Shown: positions 60,490 through 64,000 of the stretch, one piece after another
Layout of the letters: each line of letters begins with the position of its first letter
Numbering within the stretch: the stretch's first letter is position 1
DNA from: Puccinia triticina
Lineage: Eukaryota
NCBI GenBank assembly: GCA_026914245.1
Contig: CP110439.1
Location: 6,076,001 to 6,140,000, forward strand
Reading direction: 5' to 3'
Length of the DNA stretch: 64,000 nt
The notes under the pieces: generated by a model
Seen by the model: the letters and a program-made list of their open reading frames with translations, nothing else
What the model was told of the DNA's origin: nothing
Database searches by the model: none
Position numbers and translations under genes: made by a program

Positions 60490-61640
60490 TTACGGTGGCT
60501 CTGCTATAGTAGCCAGCTGACAAGGAGGAGGAATGCCTTCATGCGGCTCTTGGCCTTTGGAATCAGAGGATTCACTATCTTGATTGTCTTCAGATTCAAT
60601 CTTGGCTGGTTGATTCTCTGCCGAAATATGGTCAGGTATTGGTATCTCTTTGTGTTGTTTGTCACCAGGCTGAGACTCTAATAGATTCAAAAACTTTGTG
60701 ATGACCTTGTCTTCTCTTATAACTAGCTCGTCATCAAATTCATCATCATCTTCTTCTTTCTCAAGCTTGCCATTTACATCTTCCTCTTTTTAAGTATGTT
60801 GATTGTTTGGGCTTATATTCATTTCTTCTTTGGATTCAGAAAGCTGAAGGAGGAAGGGATCTATGAAATCTTCAATTGGGTTTGGGGCCTTTACAACGTT
60901 AGTAGTTGCTGGAATCGCATTGGGAGGAGCTTCGCCGGCGGCAAGAAGGCCAAAAAACATGTTCTTGGAGGCTTGAGCGGACGAGGAAGCGGCGATCATA
61001 TCTTTGGTCCCGGTCGGGGGTTTGATGGTTTCAGTAGCTTGATTGGCGGCCGGAGGACTTTTGACCACGGTCGGAAGGCCAAAAACCATCTTCTTGTAGG
61101 CTTGAGCGGCCGTAGTAGCAGCAATCATATTTTTGGCGGCTATCATAATGTTGGTGGTGTCAGGGTCTTGGGCAGTTTTTGTGGCGTTTGAGGAAGCGTG
61201 AACGGAGTTCAAAGAGGTGTCAGCCCGATTAGACATGGTGGTTAGAGTGTTGGGGAGTGATTGGATTGAGCCGTTGGAATTTTTTTTATGTTGTGTGGTG
61301 TGTACAACTACATGCTGGGTTGGTTGATCGCGGTTACGGACCCGGTGAAGTCCCGGGATTGGTGTGATATCATATGCATGTAGTCCGACTTCCACACTGG
61401 CAGAGTTTTTAGTTGGCCAACTCTCAAAAATAGTAAAAAATAATAAAAAGATGTGGTCGGGGAAATTATCTCAGCAACTCCCAGTTGCGGCATTGCAATT
61501 GGGAGAGTGACTCCCAAAAAGTCCGCAACCAAGGAGATGGTTGAGGCGACCATGTCAGGACCGCTTGGCGCGGCCCCACGGACGTAACTCAATTCTGGGA
61601 GTCGTTTTCCTAGGGCCTGGGAGTCGTTTTTCCAAGGCCC
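60490..61640 (-). mobile_element. Truncated Mutator-like element end with a disrupted N-terminal ORF
   Basis: The terminus at 61640 (GGGCCTTGGAAAAACGACTCCC, doubled CGACTCCC motif) resembles the 45808 TIR. The ORF runs from ATG 61236 to 60490 with one in-frame stop at 60790. Confidence 0.5.
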
Positions 61641-63691
61641 TTATTTTAACCACTGTCTAAAATAAAGAATGCAAATATGAAAGATATTTTACCTGAAAGC
61701 AGCACGAGTGGGTTCTCTTGCTACAATGTGGTGGTATAAATAGGTGGTCTGTCAGAAAATGCCCACAAAGCAGCATGGCCGGAAAACGCAGGCGGCTGAG
61801 CTCATTGGGAAGCTTGTGCGTTCCTGAGAGAGTAGAAAAGCACCTGTGCTTATATGCTGCTGAGGGAACCTCAAATGTACGACCAAACAAAAGCATGCGG
61901 AAATTCAATGGGCGGAGGCGGGCGCGGAGCGGGGGACCAACACGGGTGCGGGGAGCCGGGGTTTGAGCCACGGCCTAGATGGAGATTTAGCTGAGAGTTG
62001 GAGTAGGACTGTGGCATATTGAGTGCACAGATGGACTAGTTGTAGGAATCTGAGATCTTTTTTTAAACTTTATTGCAGCACACAAACTATAGCTAGTAGT
62101 AGTAGATACTAAAAACAAGAATAAAAAGGTCAAAACAGATGTAAATGAAGAAACAATGATTGAAAGAGTGAAATCATGTACCTTCTTATAGTTCGGGTCC
62201 TTACTATAATTCAAAAGAGATTTTTAAGAAGACTTTGACAGGAATAAAGGGAAAACAGACAAAACAAGCCTAAAAGAAATCTGGGTTAACAATGAATCAT
62301 GAGTGAGACAAGAGAGAAAGAAAAGGGGATCAATTTGTACCTCCACTTGTGTCTGATCCGTGCTCCTCCTGAATCTTCTGAATCTCAGACAAATGTTTGA
62401 ATCGGAACCAAATTGCAAAACTAGGACATTTAATCAAAAGTTGATTGAGGGCTTGTATGTTCAACGGAGTTGTAGCAATGAAGTCGTACTCCAAAGAAGT
62501 TCCTCTCTGAGTTCAGGGGGAGAACCAGGGGACGCGCGGCAGTGCTGACACATTGCATATTCATCATACAATTTGAATTATTTTCTGACACTAGTAGCGA
62601 TGCAGAGTTAGGTGAACTGGGGCAGCAGAAGTGGACGTCATCAGTGGATGATGTTGGGGTGGGAGCGCTGGGTAGAGACTATCTCCTGAGGCTAGTCACG
62701 GGGTGCAGGAGAACAGGCGTTGGAGATGTGCTAGGCTGGGAGGCAATTTAGGCGGAGTTTTTTAGTGCGGGAAAGTGGGAATGCGGACAACCTTGGGTGG
62801 AATGGAGGACGGCGGGGCAGACATTCTACTTACTACTCTTACAATACCAACATTGTAGTAACTGTTTTCTCATGTGTCCCTTTACGGATTACAAGTGTGC
62901 GGAGAGTCTTTTTTACCTACCCAAAAAATCATACCTTTGCAGAGTTCTTGCGTGTGGAAGCAAAGCAGTTGAACCCTTTGAAGACTAGGTGGATCATATC
63001 AGACTCACGGAGGAGTGCTGAAGGGATTTTTACATTGCGGAGTTTCAGTGCAGACTACCAAACAAGCCTGGAACTATTCTAGAAGGAAGGCGGACACTCA
63101 ATTTTATCTATACTTCCCCCTTTTTATTAAACAACAATGAGAGGGGATGTATGCTACCTGAAGGTGGATCTGTAAGCTGCGCCTTCATTAGCTTCTGTTC
63201 TCCCTCATTCTGCTTCTGTTCTAGTTCTAGCTTTTGCACTTACCAATACAGGGGCTAGTCAAATTAGGATCCTAGTCTTATCCTGTCTGTAACGGTGCGT
63301 TGTTTCTGTTTCTGCTTGGCAAACAAAGTTCAAGACAAGTTAGTGCTGTCTCTCTTGGGTCTAGGAGAGGAGACTGCTCACCCATTGTGGAACTACTCTT
63401 TGGGATGAATAGAGCTGGAGAGGGAATGTTGCTTTAATGGGCTGCCTCTCTGGGAACAAGAAAAGTATATAAGAGTGTGGACTCTTATGGAAAGGTGTGG
63501 CTATAGAGGATTCTTGAGGTATGTCTTGAGGGTTACTTTTCTACTAATCTAATATTTTGTACAAAGATGAAAAGCTTTTCCAATCTGATTTATTGGCATA
63601 AGCAAGGCTAATGATAGGTGACCAGTGATCTGAATTACTTTGACAGGATCTGATTGGGAACAAATGAATAGGAAAACAACCCAGTTTATAT

Positions 63692-63894
63692 CAACGCTGA
63701 AACAAATACAATACATGGAGCGTATATGGTAAACGTTTTTCATTGAAGATGGAGACCTACATGTCCTCTTTTTTATTTTTAGCCCTGATTATGTATAGGA
63801 TGGCTGAAAACAAAAAATAGGACATGTTGGTCTCCATCTTCAATGAAAAACGTTTACCATATACGCTCCATGTATTGTATTTGTTTCAGCGTTG
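63692..63894. mobile_element. Hairpin MITE with 7-bp TSD
   Basis: ~75-bp perfect TIR starting CAACGCTG, with TTTATAT on both sides. Confidence 0.85.
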
Positions 63895-64000
63895 TTTATA
63901 TACACAAGAAAGAGCACCAGGGGAGACTTTGACGCACTCTCCAGAGAGTGCCAGAGTCTAACTTTATGTTGTTCTGGGTCTGATGTGAGTCAGATGTGGA

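Overview
Eukaryotic, intron-rich, transposon-dense fungal DNA, probably a basidiomycete rust fungus (Pucciniales). The taxon is inferred from gene structure and repeat content and was not checked by a search. Five apparently intact host genes are present: a DinB-like protein, an APC-family amino-acid permease, 6-phosphogluconolactonase, Ku70 and an ISWI chromatin remodeller. Between them lie a very young, complete 9.5-kb chromodomain Ty3/Gypsy element, many MITEs and non-autonomous DNA transposons (often nested), two Helitron 3' ends next to captured gene fragments, and a 2.2-kb palindromic minisatellite. Four signals stand out. (1) Two dispersed ~85-nt box C/D, U3-like RNA modules with co-varying stems sit inside repeat-array elements. 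(2) The Gypsy carries a 393-codon second ORF overprinted on the 5' end of gag-pol, and this coincides with a sharp CpG cliff. (3) A solo LTR carries a tRNA-like Pol III unit. (4) The hairpin satellite has spacers that are individually inverted. All coordinates and comparisons were read by eye; no database searches were run.
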